DNA of 32,000 nucleotides from Nonlabens ponticola. Its GTDB lineage: Bacteria; Bacteroidota; Bacteroidia; Flavobacteriales; Flavobacteriaceae. The translations under genes were made by a program, and so were the position numbers. Below, in pieces: positions 1-9,900 of this stretch; the stretch's first letter is position 1; every line of letters begins with the position of its first letter. The DNA lies in assembly GCF_003966335.1 (NCBI RefSeq), contig NZ_CP034549.1, positions 1,890,001-1,922,000 of the forward strand, given 5' to 3'. A model generated the notes under the pieces. It had not been told where the DNA came from, made no database searches, and was given only the letters and a program-made list of their open reading frames with translations.

Positions 1-1
1 T

Positions 2-2410
2 GATGTCAAGGCACCAGTAGTAATGCTGGACACGCTATACGGTGGTTTGAGAGTTGAGCGGGCTGGTGGTGGTAATCAAACGCAAGGACTTAGACTAATA
101 GGAAAAGGAGATCGCGAATACAACATGCGTGCACTTGAAAAGGATGCATTACAATTCTTAAAAAGCGCCGGTTTTAATGAGCTTGATGCCGAGAGATATT
201 TTGGCGAGACGTTACCTCAAGAACTTATAAGGGATTTTTACACTTCAGCACATCCGTATGGCGCATTTGCAGTACCCAGATTAGCTGGCGCCATAAAACT
301 TAATCATACACACCCTAAGTTATTCTGGATACCTAAGCAACCTGTTTTAGGTGATTTTAATGACATTCATGGTGATCGTTTATACATGATTGTGGAGAAA
401 CCAGATGATTCTTTTGACTCGCCACACATGTTCGGTTACAACAAAGACGTGGAGAGCACAGACGACTTGTTTGCTAAAATCAGGGAAGACGAGAAATATA
501 CGGTAGATGAGGAAATGTACATACGTGCTCGCGTATTTGACATGTTGCTAGGCGATTGGGATCGCCATGAGGATCAATGGCGCTGGGCAGAAATTAAAGA
601 TAGTGAAGACTCAGAGAAAAGTCGCTTTGTCGCGGTGCCGCGAGATCGTGATCAGGTTTTTGCTAGGTTTGATGGTAAACTATTGGAGTTTTTAAACAGC
701 ACCATTGGCGTGACTAAACAGTTCGGTAATTATGGACCTGACATTGAGCACATCAATGAATTCAGTCAGAGTGCTAAATATTTAGATCATGCCGTGCTAC
801 AAAGAACCACTCGCGAGGACTGGCTTACCGCTGTAAACTATATACAGAAGAATATAGATGAGAACGTGGTAAAAATGGCCTTTAACGAGATGCCAAAAGA
901 AGTTAAAGATGACTTATGGCAACAGACTCAAGAAGATTTACTTGCTAGAAAATCAAATTTGGAAAACATTGTCAATCGCTATTATGATAACTTCATATTG
1001 TTTCAAACCTTGAAAGGAACTGACAAGGATGATATATTCTTCATTGAGCGTCTCGATAAGGAAACCACAGTAAAAGCCTACCGCAATAAGGATGGAGAAG
1101 CGGCAGATGTACTTTTTGAAAGAAGTTTTAAGGATAATAAAACTGAAGAAATTTGGATTTACGGTCTTGACGATGACGATGAGTTTACCATAAGCGGTTC
1201 TGGTAATTCAAAAATTCAAATAGTAATCGTTGGAGGAAAAGGCGATGATAAATACACTATTGAGAATGGCAAGAATGTAAAGATCTATGATTTTGAAAGT
1301 GAGAAGAATGAGGTTGAAAAACGAAACGGTGCTAGTGTCGTACTGCGCGATGATTATGATATTAATCATTACAACCATAGAAAAGCACCAACTAGCAAAT
1401 TGGGTTTTGGTGCTCAGGTAACCTACAATCCTGATGACGGCGTGAGACCACAAATAAGCATTTCAAAATCAGTGTTGGGTTATGAACGCAATCCATACAG
1501 TTTAAAATATGGCATTGAGGCAGACTACAGATCCCTAACTCAAGCAGCCATTTTTCAAGGACATCTTGCCAAGGCAAATATTCTAGGTCACTGGAACCTG
1601 CGAGCAGATGCCTTGATCACGACAAACAATTATACCCAAAACTTCTTTGGTTACGGCAACAACACCACATTTGATGGCGACACAGATTTTGACGACAATC
1701 GCGTGCTAATGCAAAGACAAGAGGCGAGTCTTTCTATTTACAAGCATGGTGATTATGGTAGCGATTTCCAATTCGGTATCCAGTATAGAGGTATAGAGGT
1801 AGAACCTGATATCACCAGATCAGCATTAATTGATAACCAGCGAGATGATTATCTCGACTATACCTTTAAATATCTATTTGACAGCTACGACAACGAGCGT
1901 TTTAAGACTCGTGGTATGCATCTAGAAAACGTTTTGTCCTTTACAGACAATCTGGCAAATGGCGAGAATTTTTTGAGCATAGATCCATCACTAACCTTTT
2001 GGAATGCCCTTGATGATGAACGCAAATTGATTGTGCAGTCTCGAGTTGCTGGACAATTGCGCATAGGTGATGAGCCAGTGTTTTATCAAGCTGCAAGATT
2101 AGGAGCAGATCGTGGTTTACGAAGTTATAGACAAGATAGATTTACAGGAAATTATGCGGCTAATGCCAGCCTTGATTTGAAGTATGATGCCAGACCTATT
2201 AAAACCAAATTACTGCCATTATACTGGATGCCGTTTATAGGAGTAGATGCAGGACGAGTGTGGATCACTGGTGAATCTAGTGATAGGATCCACTATAGTT
2301 ACGGCGGTGGTGCGCATTTATCACTAACAGGACTAGGTAGGATAGAGGCAACTTATTTCCATGGACCAGAAGGTGGTCGATTGGGCGTCGGGCTATTTTT
2401 GGGATTCTAG
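2..2410 (+). CDS. Outer-membrane protein, C-terminal ~800 aa (5' end outside the window). Resembles the Bacteroidota 'metallophosphoesterase' family with an Omp85/surface-antigen-like beta-barrel tail.
   Basis: The reading frame is open from position 2 with no stop before the ATG at 23, so the gene probably continues upstream. The C-terminal ~250 aa look like Omp85-type beta-barrel strands (FYQAARLGADRGLRSYRQDRF ... GGGAHLSLTG ... ending in F). The region around GGGNQTQGLRLIGKGDREYNMRALEKDA recalls large Bacteroidota phosphoesterase outer-membrane proteins, from memory only. Confidence 0.55.
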   Translation, partial: DVKAPVVMLDTLYGGLRVERAGGGNQTQGLRLIGKGDREYNMRALEKDALQFLKSAGFNELDAERYFGETLPQELIRDFYTSAHPYGAFAVPRLAGAIKLNHTHPKLFWIPKQPVLGDFNDIHGDRLYMIVEKPDDSFDSPHMFGYNKDVESTDDLFAKIREDEKYTVDEEMYIRARVFDMLLGDWDRHEDQWRWAEIKDSEDSEKSRFVAVPRDRDQVFARFDGKLLEFLNSTIGVTKQFGNYGPDIEHINEFSQSAKYLDHAVLQRTTREDWLTAVNYIQKNIDENVVKMAFNEMPKEVKDDLWQQTQEDLLARKSNLENIVNRYYDNFILFQTLKGTDKDDIFFIERLDKETTVKAYRNKDGEAADVLFERSFKDNKTEEIWIYGLDDDDEFTISGSGNSKIQIVIVGGKGDDKYTIENGKNVKIYDFESEKNEVEKRNGASVVLRDDYDINHYNHRKAPTSKLGFGAQVTYNPDDGVRPQISISKSVLGYERNPYSLKYGIEADYRSLTQAAIFQGHLAKANILGHWNLRADALITTNNYTQNFFGYGNNTTFDGDTDFDDNRVLMQRQEASLSIYKHGDYGSDFQFGIQYRGIEVEPDITRSALIDNQRDDYLDYTFKYLFDSYDNERFKTRGMHLENVLSFTDNLANGENFLSIDPSLTFWNALDDERKLIVQSRVAGQLRIGDEPVFYQAARLGADRGLRSYRQDRFTGNYAANASLDLKYDARPIKTKLLPLYWMPFIGVDAGRVWITGESSDRIHYSYGGGAHLSLTGLGRIEATYFHGPEGGRLGVGLFLGF

Positions 2411-3135
2411 AAATTAGGATCCATTGCCTGAATCATAAAGATTGCTGGACGTTTGTGTAGATCTACCTTGTGGCTTTTCCAGGCCCGGGCAGCCATGGTT
2501 TTTATAAATTCATTGGGCAAGGTGATATCACAAGCCACACTTATTTGAGTGTCAGGATGCAGGCTATTGCTCAGTTCTTCAAGCATCTTATTGTTGCGAT
2601 AAGGCGTCTCAATGAATAATTGAGCCTGTTCTTCACTGCGCGAACGTTTTTCTAACTGTTGTATTTTATTCTTGCGTTCTTTGGAATCGATGGGTAAGTA
2701 CCCATTAAAGGCAAAATTCTGACCGCTCAAACCACTTGACATTACCGCCATTAAGATAGAGCTAGGACCTACCAGCGGTTGTACTCTAATTCCTTTTTCA
2801 TGGGCAATGCGCACGATATCTGCACCAGGATCAGCAACGCCTGGGACGCCAGCCTCACTCATCAATCCCATGGTTTTACCTTGTAGGCACGGTTCTAAAA
2901 AGCTGGGCAGCTCGCTGGCATCGGTAAATTTATTGAGAACGGAAAAGGATAATTCTGATTGCTTTTTTGAAGGTACCAGCTTTTTAATGGCACGGCGTGC
3001 CGTTTTTTCGTTCTCTACAATATAATGATCCACAGCTTCCACGACCTTTTTCACGCTCATGGGCAACACTTCCAATGGATTTATATCGCCTAAGGTTACA
3101 GGAATCAAGAATAATCTACCGCCAAAATCAGCCAT
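2407..3135 (-). CDS. SAM-dependent methyltransferase of the tetrapyrrole-methylase (TP_methylase) fold, RsmI-like
   Basis: ATG start. The N-terminus LFLIPVTLGD and the segment MSEAGVPGVADPGADIVR...GPSSILMAVMSSGL match the RsmI/YraL-type methylase pattern. The 3' end overlaps the convergent upstream gene by 4 nt. Confidence 0.7.
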   Translation of the reverse strand: MADFGGRLFLIPVTLGDINPLEVLPMSVKKVVEAVDHYIVENEKTARRAIKKLVPSKKQSELSFSVLNKFTDASELPSFLEPCLQGKTMGLMSEAGVPGVADPGADIVRIAHEKGIRVQPLVGPSSILMAVMSSGLSGQNFAFNGYLPIDSKERKNKIQQLEKRSRSEEQAQLFIETPYRNNKMLEELSNSLHPDTQISVACDITLPNEFIKTMAARAWKSHKVDLHKRPAIFMIQAMDPNF

Positions 3136-3156
3136 GTCAATAAGTGTTTATACTAA

Positions 3157-3164
3157 CAAATATA
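3157..3164 (-). promoter_or_regulatory. Candidate Bacteroidota -7 promoter box (TATATTTG on the minus strand) for the methyltransferase gene
   Basis: Exact match to the TAnnTTTG consensus, 21 nt upstream of the ATG at 3135. Confidence 0.4.
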
Positions 3165-3192
3165 AGTGGTGTGTGAATATGATTTTAAAAGG

Positions 3193-3214
3193 TTACGCTT
3201 TCGCGAAAGCGTAA
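3193..3214. repeat. Palindromic intergenic element, copy 1 (TTACGCTTTCGCGAAAGCGTAA)
   Basis: Perfect 22-nt palindrome 9 nt downstream of the stop of the minus-strand exonuclease gene. A GGTTG-type flank (gttggttga on the minus strand) abuts it. On the minus strand it is followed by CCTTTTAAAA, so it could act as a terminator hairpin. Confidence 0.85.
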
Positions 3215-3222
3215 TCAACCAA

Positions 3223-4584
3223 CTACAATTCAACAACGCGACGTACGGCCTTGTGTCTCAGGAAAGAGCGGACTATATGCCTAACGTTTGCGGCGTCATC
3301 GATTGGTGTAAGCAGATTTCTCAAAATATCGGGATCAGTAAACTGTAGTTGCAGATCAACAAACGAATATCCCTTAACCTCGCCATTTTCTATGAGAATG
3401 GCACTACGCTCGGTAGCAGTGCGGCCGCGATCGATCAATATTTGATTGACAGTGTCAAACCTTAGTTCTTCTATAAGCGATTGTGCTCGCTCATTATATT
3501 GCGCGGGCGTTTCCTTTCCTGTACAGGCTCCTAGGCATGAGGTGTCCTCTTGATCTATGCACGGGCCGTTGGCGCTATTAATGCCAGAGAATGTCGCGCA
3601 TAGCTCATACTCCTCTACTTTTTTACCCAAAAAAGTTCTAGCAGCCTTGACATTTGAAAAAGTCATGAGATACTTGCTGTCCTGTCTCGTTGACTTGACA
3701 TGAAACCTGATGTAGCCTGCACCATCAACGCTCGTATAAATACCATGACTAAAGATATTACCCTTAATTTTTCTGTTTTGGCTAGGTTGGTGCTTTTTAA
3801 GCTCGATGTATTCCTTAATGTTTGCAATAAGATCATTACCAGTTTTTTCAAACGTGATATCGTCAACTAGTTTTCTTAGGGTAATAGATTTGCGCTGCGA
3901 GCTGGTAAAATGCTGTCTCACGCGCTTTCTCATATTACGCGCTTTTCCTATGTAAATGATTTGCTTTTGATCATTGTAGAAATATAGCACACCAGTGGTT
4001 GATGGTACCTTTTCTATTAGTGCCTTGTGGTCTGCATCTACGGTGATGCGAGGCATGGTCTTTAGACTCTGCTGTATAATCTGCTTATCTAGATCTTTAT
4101 CCAGCAATAATTTAAAAAGTTTTACTGTGGCAAGTGCGTCACCAGTGGCGCGATGTCTATCAGTAATTGGGATGCCTAGTGATTTAACCAGCTTTCCCAA
4201 GCTATAACTCTCTTGTTCTGGCAGCAGTTTTTGAGCAACTTCTACTGTGCACAACGTTGGAATATCAAATTTGTATCCCAGTCGATCAAATTCCAGTCGC
4301 AACATACGATTGTCAAACTCGGCATTGTGAGCGACAAGCGTTGCATCCTTAGTAATTTCTAAAATGCGCTTTGCAACCTCATAGAATTTGGGTGCTTTTA
4401 CAAGCATCTTATTATTGATGCCCGTGAGTTTGACTACAAATGGTTGTATGGGTTGTTCTGGATTGATCAAGCTTGCAAATTGATCTACAATGTCATGACC
4501 GTCAAACCTGTAGATCGCAATCTCAGTAATTCCTTCTTCATTATAAGCGCCACCTGTGGACTCTACATCAATTATTGCGTACAA
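3223..4584 (-). CDS. DnaQ-like DEDDh 3'-5' exonuclease fused to a GIY-YIG (UvrC/Cho-like) nuclease domain
   Basis: Exo motifs are present: IIDVESTG, AHNAEFDNRML and HRATGDALAT. A GIY-YIG block follows (GVLYFYNDQKQIIYIGKARNMRKRVRQHF), then a Cys cluster (CIDQEDTSCLGAC). The start codon is TTG at 4582-4584; an in-frame stop lies 2 codons upstream and there is no ATG before the Exo I motif. Confidence 0.8.
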   Translation of the reverse strand: MYAIIDVESTGGAYNEEGITEIAIYRFDGHDIVDQFASLINPEQPIQPFVVKLTGINNKMLVKAPKFYEVAKRILEITKDATLVAHNAEFDNRMLRLEFDRLGYKFDIPTLCTVEVAQKLLPEQESYSLGKLVKSLGIPITDRHRATGDALATVKLFKLLLDKDLDKQIIQQSLKTMPRITVDADHKALIEKVPSTTGVLYFYNDQKQIIYIGKARNMRKRVRQHFTSSQRKSITLRKLVDDITFEKTGNDLIANIKEYIELKKHQPSQNRKIKGNIFSHGIYTSVDGAGYIRFHVKSTRQDSKYLMTFSNVKAARTFLGKKVEEYELCATFSGINSANGPCIDQEDTSCLGACTGKETPAQYNERAQSLIEELRFDTVNQILIDRGRTATERSAILIENGEVKGYSFVDLQLQFTDPDILRNLLTPIDDAANVRHIVRSFLRHKAVRRVVEL

Positions 4585-4618
4585 ATACTATTATTTAAAC
4601 TTGGGTAGATTAATATGT

Positions 4619-4626
4619 CAAATGTA
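4619..4626 (-). promoter_or_regulatory. Candidate -7 promoter box (TACATTTG on the minus strand) for the exonuclease/GIY-YIG gene
   Basis: Exact TAnnTTTG match 34 nt upstream of the TTG start. It lies between that start and the acyl-CoA ligase terminator. Confidence 0.4.
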
Positions 4627-4652
4627 ATGATATAAAAGCGTTTAACTAAAGC

Positions 4653-4676
4653 AAAAAAGCAGCCCATCGGGCTGCT
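4653..4676 (-). terminator. Rho-independent terminator of the acyl-CoA ligase gene
   Basis: 8-bp GC-rich stem (agcagccc / gggctgct) with a 3-nt loop at 4658-4676. It is followed on the minus strand by a T-run (plus-strand A-run 4653-4657) and sits 27 nt past the stop at 4703. Confidence 0.75.
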
Positions 4677-4702
4677 CCTTATTTTTAATTATGAGTTGAA
4701 AA

Positions 4703-6481
4703 TCAAATTTTCTCGCCATAAATCTTATCGTATAAATCCTTGTAACGCTCCTTAATGTTGCGACGTTTCAACTTCATGGTAGGAGTGAGGTGCTCTTCTT
4801 CTATACTCCATACCTCAGGAGTAAGTTCAAATCGCTTGACGCGTTCCCACTTACCAAATTTCTCATTGTGCTCATCGATCTCGCGCTGGTAACGTTCCAA
4901 TACGCGTTCATTTGATATAAGATCGCTAATGTCGTTGTAGTTTACTCCCTTACGTTTTGCCCAGTCTTCAAGAAATTCAAAGTTAGGCTGGATCAAGGCT
5001 GCAGGCATTTTCTCGCCTTCACCTACTACCATGATCTGCTCTATGAATCGACTTTGTTTCATTGTGTTCTCTATGAGTTGTGGCGCCACATATTTTCCAC
5101 CAGAGGTTTTGAACATCTCTTTTTTGCGATCTGTAATACGCAGGAATCCATCGCTGTCAATCTCACCTATATCACCAGTGTGAAAATATCCATTCTCATC
5201 GATAGCTTCTCTAGTTTTCTCTTCATCCTTATAGTAACCCAACATGCGCTGTGGACCATTAATGATGATCTCGCCATCTTCGGCGATTTTCACATCCGTA
5301 TCCGGTAGTGGTTTACCTACGGTTCCTATTTTAAAACCACCTTCTCGCATATCATTCACTGATACTACTGGACTGGTCTCGGTAAGACCGTAACCTTCCA
5401 TCACTGGAACGCCAGCCGCGTTAAATACACGTGCTAGCCTAGGTTGCAAGGCTGCGCTACCACTAGCAATAGCTTTCAAGTTACCACCTAATGCTTCTTG
5501 CCATTTTGAGAAGATTAATTTTTTGGCGATGCCCAATTTCTTTTCATACCACCAGCCGTTCTTGCCGTATGGTTCCCATTCCAGTCCTAGTTCTACAGCC
5601 CAGAAGAATAGTTTTTTCTTGACGCCTTCAAGATCTGCGCCTTTGGCGATGATTTTATCATATACTTTTTCCAGCAGGCGCGGTACAGCACTCATTACTT
5701 CTGGCTGTACTTCTTTCAAGTTATCAGATATGGTCTCTAGTGACTCTGCAAAGTATATTCCTGAACCTGTGTAGATATAGAGGTACTGCAACATACGCTC
5801 ATAAATATGGCATACTGGTAAAAAACTTAAGGCCTTGGATTTACCTAATTCGATAGGCAACCTAGTCTCTGAATACATAGCATTACTGGCGATGTTTTTA
5901 TGCGATAGCATCACGCCTTTAGGACGTCCAGTAGTTCCAGAGGTGTAAATAAGAGTTGCAAGATCATCTTCCTTGATGCTTTCCATGATAATGGTAAGTG
6001 AGTCATCATCTTCTTTGGACTTACCTAATTCTTTTACTTCTTCCCAACTGCGGCATCCAGGAATATCATCAAAACTGTAAACTTCTTTTAAGGATTCTAC
6101 TTGATCTTTAATCGCCATGACCTTGTCATAAACTTCCTGATCACTTACAAAAACGTATTGCGATTCACTGTGGTTCAGAACGTATGCATATTCATCCTCA
6201 GATATGGTAGGGTAGATAGGCACGTCTTGAGCACCAGTTTGCATGATACCTATATCCATGATATTCCACTCAGTTCTATTCACAGTAGAAATGAGCGCAA
6301 TTTTGTCATTTTGTTTGACACCCATTTTAATCAAACCGCGAGATACCGCTCTAGCTTGATCAACAAATTCTTGAGTAGAAGTTTTTACCCATTGACCATT
6401 TTTCTTGGTCACGAGCGCATCCGGTCTAGGAAATTTTTCTAATTGATAGTAAGGAAAATCAAATAATCTTTTGAATTGCAT
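4703..6481 (-). CDS. Long-chain fatty acid--CoA ligase (AMP-dependent synthetase/ligase family)
   Basis: The AMP-binding signature IYTSGTTGRPKGVMLSH is present, along with GYGLTETSP, the GYFHTGD..D.DGFL.ITDRKKE block and a C-terminal PTMKLKRR. I prefer the ATG at 6481 (MQFKRLFDFPYYQ...). The longer ORF reaching 6592 only adds 37 low-complexity residues. Confidence 0.85.
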   Translation of the reverse strand: MQFKRLFDFPYYQLEKFPRPDALVTKKNGQWVKTSTQEFVDQARAVSRGLIKMGVKQNDKIALISTVNRTEWNIMDIGIMQTGAQDVPIYPTISEDEYAYVLNHSESQYVFVSDQEVYDKVMAIKDQVESLKEVYSFDDIPGCRSWEEVKELGKSKEDDDSLTIIMESIKEDDLATLIYTSGTTGRPKGVMLSHKNIASNAMYSETRLPIELGKSKALSFLPVCHIYERMLQYLYIYTGSGIYFAESLETISDNLKEVQPEVMSAVPRLLEKVYDKIIAKGADLEGVKKKLFFWAVELGLEWEPYGKNGWWYEKKLGIAKKLIFSKWQEALGGNLKAIASGSAALQPRLARVFNAAGVPVMEGYGLTETSPVVSVNDMREGGFKIGTVGKPLPDTDVKIAEDGEIIINGPQRMLGYYKDEEKTREAIDENGYFHTGDIGEIDSDGFLRITDRKKEMFKTSGGKYVAPQLIENTMKQSRFIEQIMVVGEGEKMPAALIQPNFEFLEDWAKRKGVNYNDISDLISNERVLERYQREIDEHNEKFGKWERVKRFELTPEVWSIEEEHLTPTMKLKRRNIKERYKDLYDKIYGEKI

Positions 6482-6680
6482 GGATATACCGTTTAGTAGT
6501 CGCAAAATAGTGAAAGATCGGTAGTAAACAAATGAAAATTTTGTAGGATCAATAATACCATTCAACTGATTGTATTCTATAAATGGATTCACTCATTTTT
6601 CAATTAAACAATATATATATTGTCATAAGATCTATTATTCTTTCTCTTTATAATACTTGAAGTTGATAAAATTGTTGGTA

Positions 6681-6702
6681 TTCCGCTCTCGCGAAAGCGT
6701 AA
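6681..6702. repeat. Palindromic intergenic element, copy 2 (degenerate: TTCCGCTCTCGCGAAAGCGTAA)
   Basis: Has two mismatches to the consensus. The flank ttgttggta lies 5' on the plus strand. It sits between the divergent acyl-CoA ligase and adhesin genes. Confidence 0.75.
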
Positions 6703-6938
6703 CAGGCTAAAAAACTGAGAGATGATTGTGACTGTTATTTTATAGATTCAAACAATTTTTTGAAATTAAATCACGTGTTAATAAAACCAAAAAGCAAGTA
6801 ATTACGTTGTCAATATTTTCTGTTAATTTTAGTTAATTATTGTGTAATGCCTTGTGAATTAACAATTAACGATACTTAGTTGTACATACATTTAAAGCAT
6901 GGTGAAAGGGTTTCACTTTACAACTAATTACTTTTTAC

Positions 6939-9900
6939 ATGAAAAAAAATACTTCAAAGCTGTTGACATTTCTGTTCGTGGTTTTTGTTTCAGCTGGGCT
7001 TCAGGCTCAGGTAGTTACCAAAACCGTGGATGATAATACAGACGGCACGTTAAGAAACGAGATTGCTGATGCCGGCATAGGCGGCACGGTGACCTTTGAT
7101 CCTTCTATTGCAGGACAGACCATCAATGTTACCCAAGGACCTATTGAAGTAGGGACTTTAGGTAATATTAGCATAGAAGGCCTTAATGGTGAGAGCAGGA
7201 CCACTATCGCTGGTACTTCTTCAAATCGCATTTTCAATATTGATGCGACTGTGGCCAGTATCATAAATCTTTCTGATTTGAATTTCACATCAGGTACAGC
7301 ATCAAGTGGTGGTGCCATACAAGTGAGCGGTGCCACAACGGTCCTAAACTTGAATAATACAGACTTTACCGGTAATACAGCGACCGGTAATGCCGCAACT
7401 GAAGGTGGTGGTGCTATTTTCAACAACGGTGCTGTGGTGAACGTTTCCGGTTCTTCTCAATTTGAATCAAATGCTGCAACCGGTACTGCTGGTAGCGGTG
7501 GTGCGATTCTCAATTCATCAGCTGGAGTTCTTTCTATTGATGGCGCGACCTTCAACTTAAATTCTTCACAACGTGCTGGTGGCGCTATAGAAGATAACGC
7601 TAATAGCGGTGCAGTTATCGTTGTAGATAATTCCACTTTCTCTAGTAATAATGCAGGATCTAGTCCTGGTAATGGTGGTGCATTACATATTACCGGCTCT
7701 TCTTCATACACCTTCAACGGCGGTCTAATTGATGCAAATATTGCTGGCAAAGAAGGTGGTGGTCTATGGAATGGATCTGGAGTTCTTACAATTAATGGTG
7801 CTACCATATCGAATAATGATGCACAAGGAGACTTAGTACCAGCTGATGCTACAGCAGGAACATCAGTACAAATTGTTGGTGGTGGCGGAATTTTTGCCAA
7901 CGACGGTCCTGGATCTGTTGTGATCAATGAAGGAACTATCATTTCTAACAATGTCGCTACAGGAGTACAAGGTTCTGGTGGTGGTATTTTAATGGCCACA
8001 GGAACAACCTTGACTATCAATGGAAGTGGCGATAATCCAGTAGAAATCAATAATAACAGCGCCAGTAGAGCTGGTGGTGGTATTGAAGACTGGTCGCTAG
8101 ATGCAAACGCTAACACACTTACCAATGTGAATTTCTCTGGAAATACCGCTGGTGCTGACGCGACAGGTTTTACCGCTAATGGCGGCCCTGGAAACGGTGG
8201 TGCTATTCACGTGACTGGACCTGGAGACAATGTTATCACAGGCGGTACGGTTGACGGTAATACGGCTGCCAATGAAGGTGGTGGATTCTGGAATGGATCT
8301 GGAACCATGAGCGTTTCTGGAACTACAATCACAAACAACATCGCTGCAGGTAATGATACTGAAGTTGCTGGTGCTGCTGGTGGTGGTGGACTTTTCAATG
8401 AAGGCGGTACTCTAAATGTTACCAACAATACAACAGTTTCTAACAACAGCGCTACTGGAGCACAATCAACTGGTGGTGGAATTTTAAACGCTGCTGGAGT
8501 TTTGGTAGTAAGTGATTCTGAGATTTCTGGCAATGAATCAAATCGCGCTGGTGGTGGTATTGAGACTAATGGAGACAGTTCTGTAGAACTTAACAATGTA
8601 ACTCTTGATTCAAACTTTACCGGTGTTGTAACTGGTATGGGCGCGCCAGGCAATGGTGGTGGACTGCACGTGAGTGGTGCTGCACCTGTAACCATTAATG
8701 GTGGTACGGTTAATAACAATATCGCTGCCAAAGAAGGTGGTGGATTATGGAACAATCAAGGTGTCATGACTATTAATGGAACAACCATTTCTGGTAATGA
8801 TGCTCGTGGCGATCTTGTACCAGCAGATGCAACCGCAGGAACATCAGTACAAATCGTTGGTGGTGGTGGAATCTTTGCTGAAGATGGCAATGGATCTGTT
8901 GTGATCAATGAAGGAACCGTCATTGCTAACAATGTAGCAACTGGAGTTCAAGGTTCTGGTGGTGGTATTTTAATGGCCACAGGAACAACACTAACAATTA
9001 ACGGTAGTGAAGCGAGTCCTGTAGAAATCAATAACAATAGCGCCAGTAGAGCTGGTGGTGGTATTGAAGACTGGTCTTTGAGTGCCAATGAAAATACCAT
9101 GACGAATGTGAATTTCTCTGGCAATACCGTTGGTGTTGACGCGACAGATTTTACCGCTAATGGCGGCCCTGGAAACGGTGGTGCTATTCACGTGACTGGA
9201 CCTGGAGATAATGTTATCACAGGCGGTACGGTTGACGGTAATACAGCAGCGAATGAAGGTGGTGGATTCTGGAATGGATCTGGAACCATGAGCGTTTCTG
9301 GAACTACAATCATAAACAATATTGCTGCAGGTAATGATACTGAAGTTGCTGGTGCTGCTGGTGGTGGTGGACTTTTCAATGAAGGCGGTACTCTTAATGT
9401 TACCAACAATACAACCGTTTCTAACAACAGCGCTACTGGAGCACAATCAACTGGTGGTGGAATTTTAAACGCTGCTGGAGTTTTGGTAGTGAGTGATTCT
9501 GAGATTTCAAGTAACGAGTCAAATCGTGCTGGTGGTGGTATTGAGACTAATGGCGAAAGTTCTGTAGAACTTAACAATGTAACTCTTGATTCAAACTTTA
9601 CCGGTGTTGTAACTGGTATGGGCGCACCAGGTAATGGTGGTGGACTCCACGTGAGTGGAGCAGCACCTGTAACCATTAATGGTGGTACGGTTAATAACAA
9701 CATCGCTGCCAAAGAAGGTGGTGGACTATGGAACAATCAAGGTGTCATGACTATTAATGGAACAACCATTTCTAGTAATGATGCTCGTGGCGATCTTGTC
9801 CCAGCCGATGCGACCGCAGGAACCTCAGTACAGATAGTCGGTGGTGGTGGAATCTTTGCTGAAGATGGAGCTGGATCTGTCGTGATCAATGAAGGAACCG

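Noticed and set aside
6482-6592. N-terminal 37-aa extension of the acyl-CoA ligase ORF (start at 6592)
   Set aside because: The extension (MNPFIEYNQLNGIIDPTKFSFVYYRSFTILRLLNGIS) has no counterpart in the conserved ligase N-terminus. That N-terminus begins naturally at MQFKRLFDFPYYQ, the ATG at 6481.
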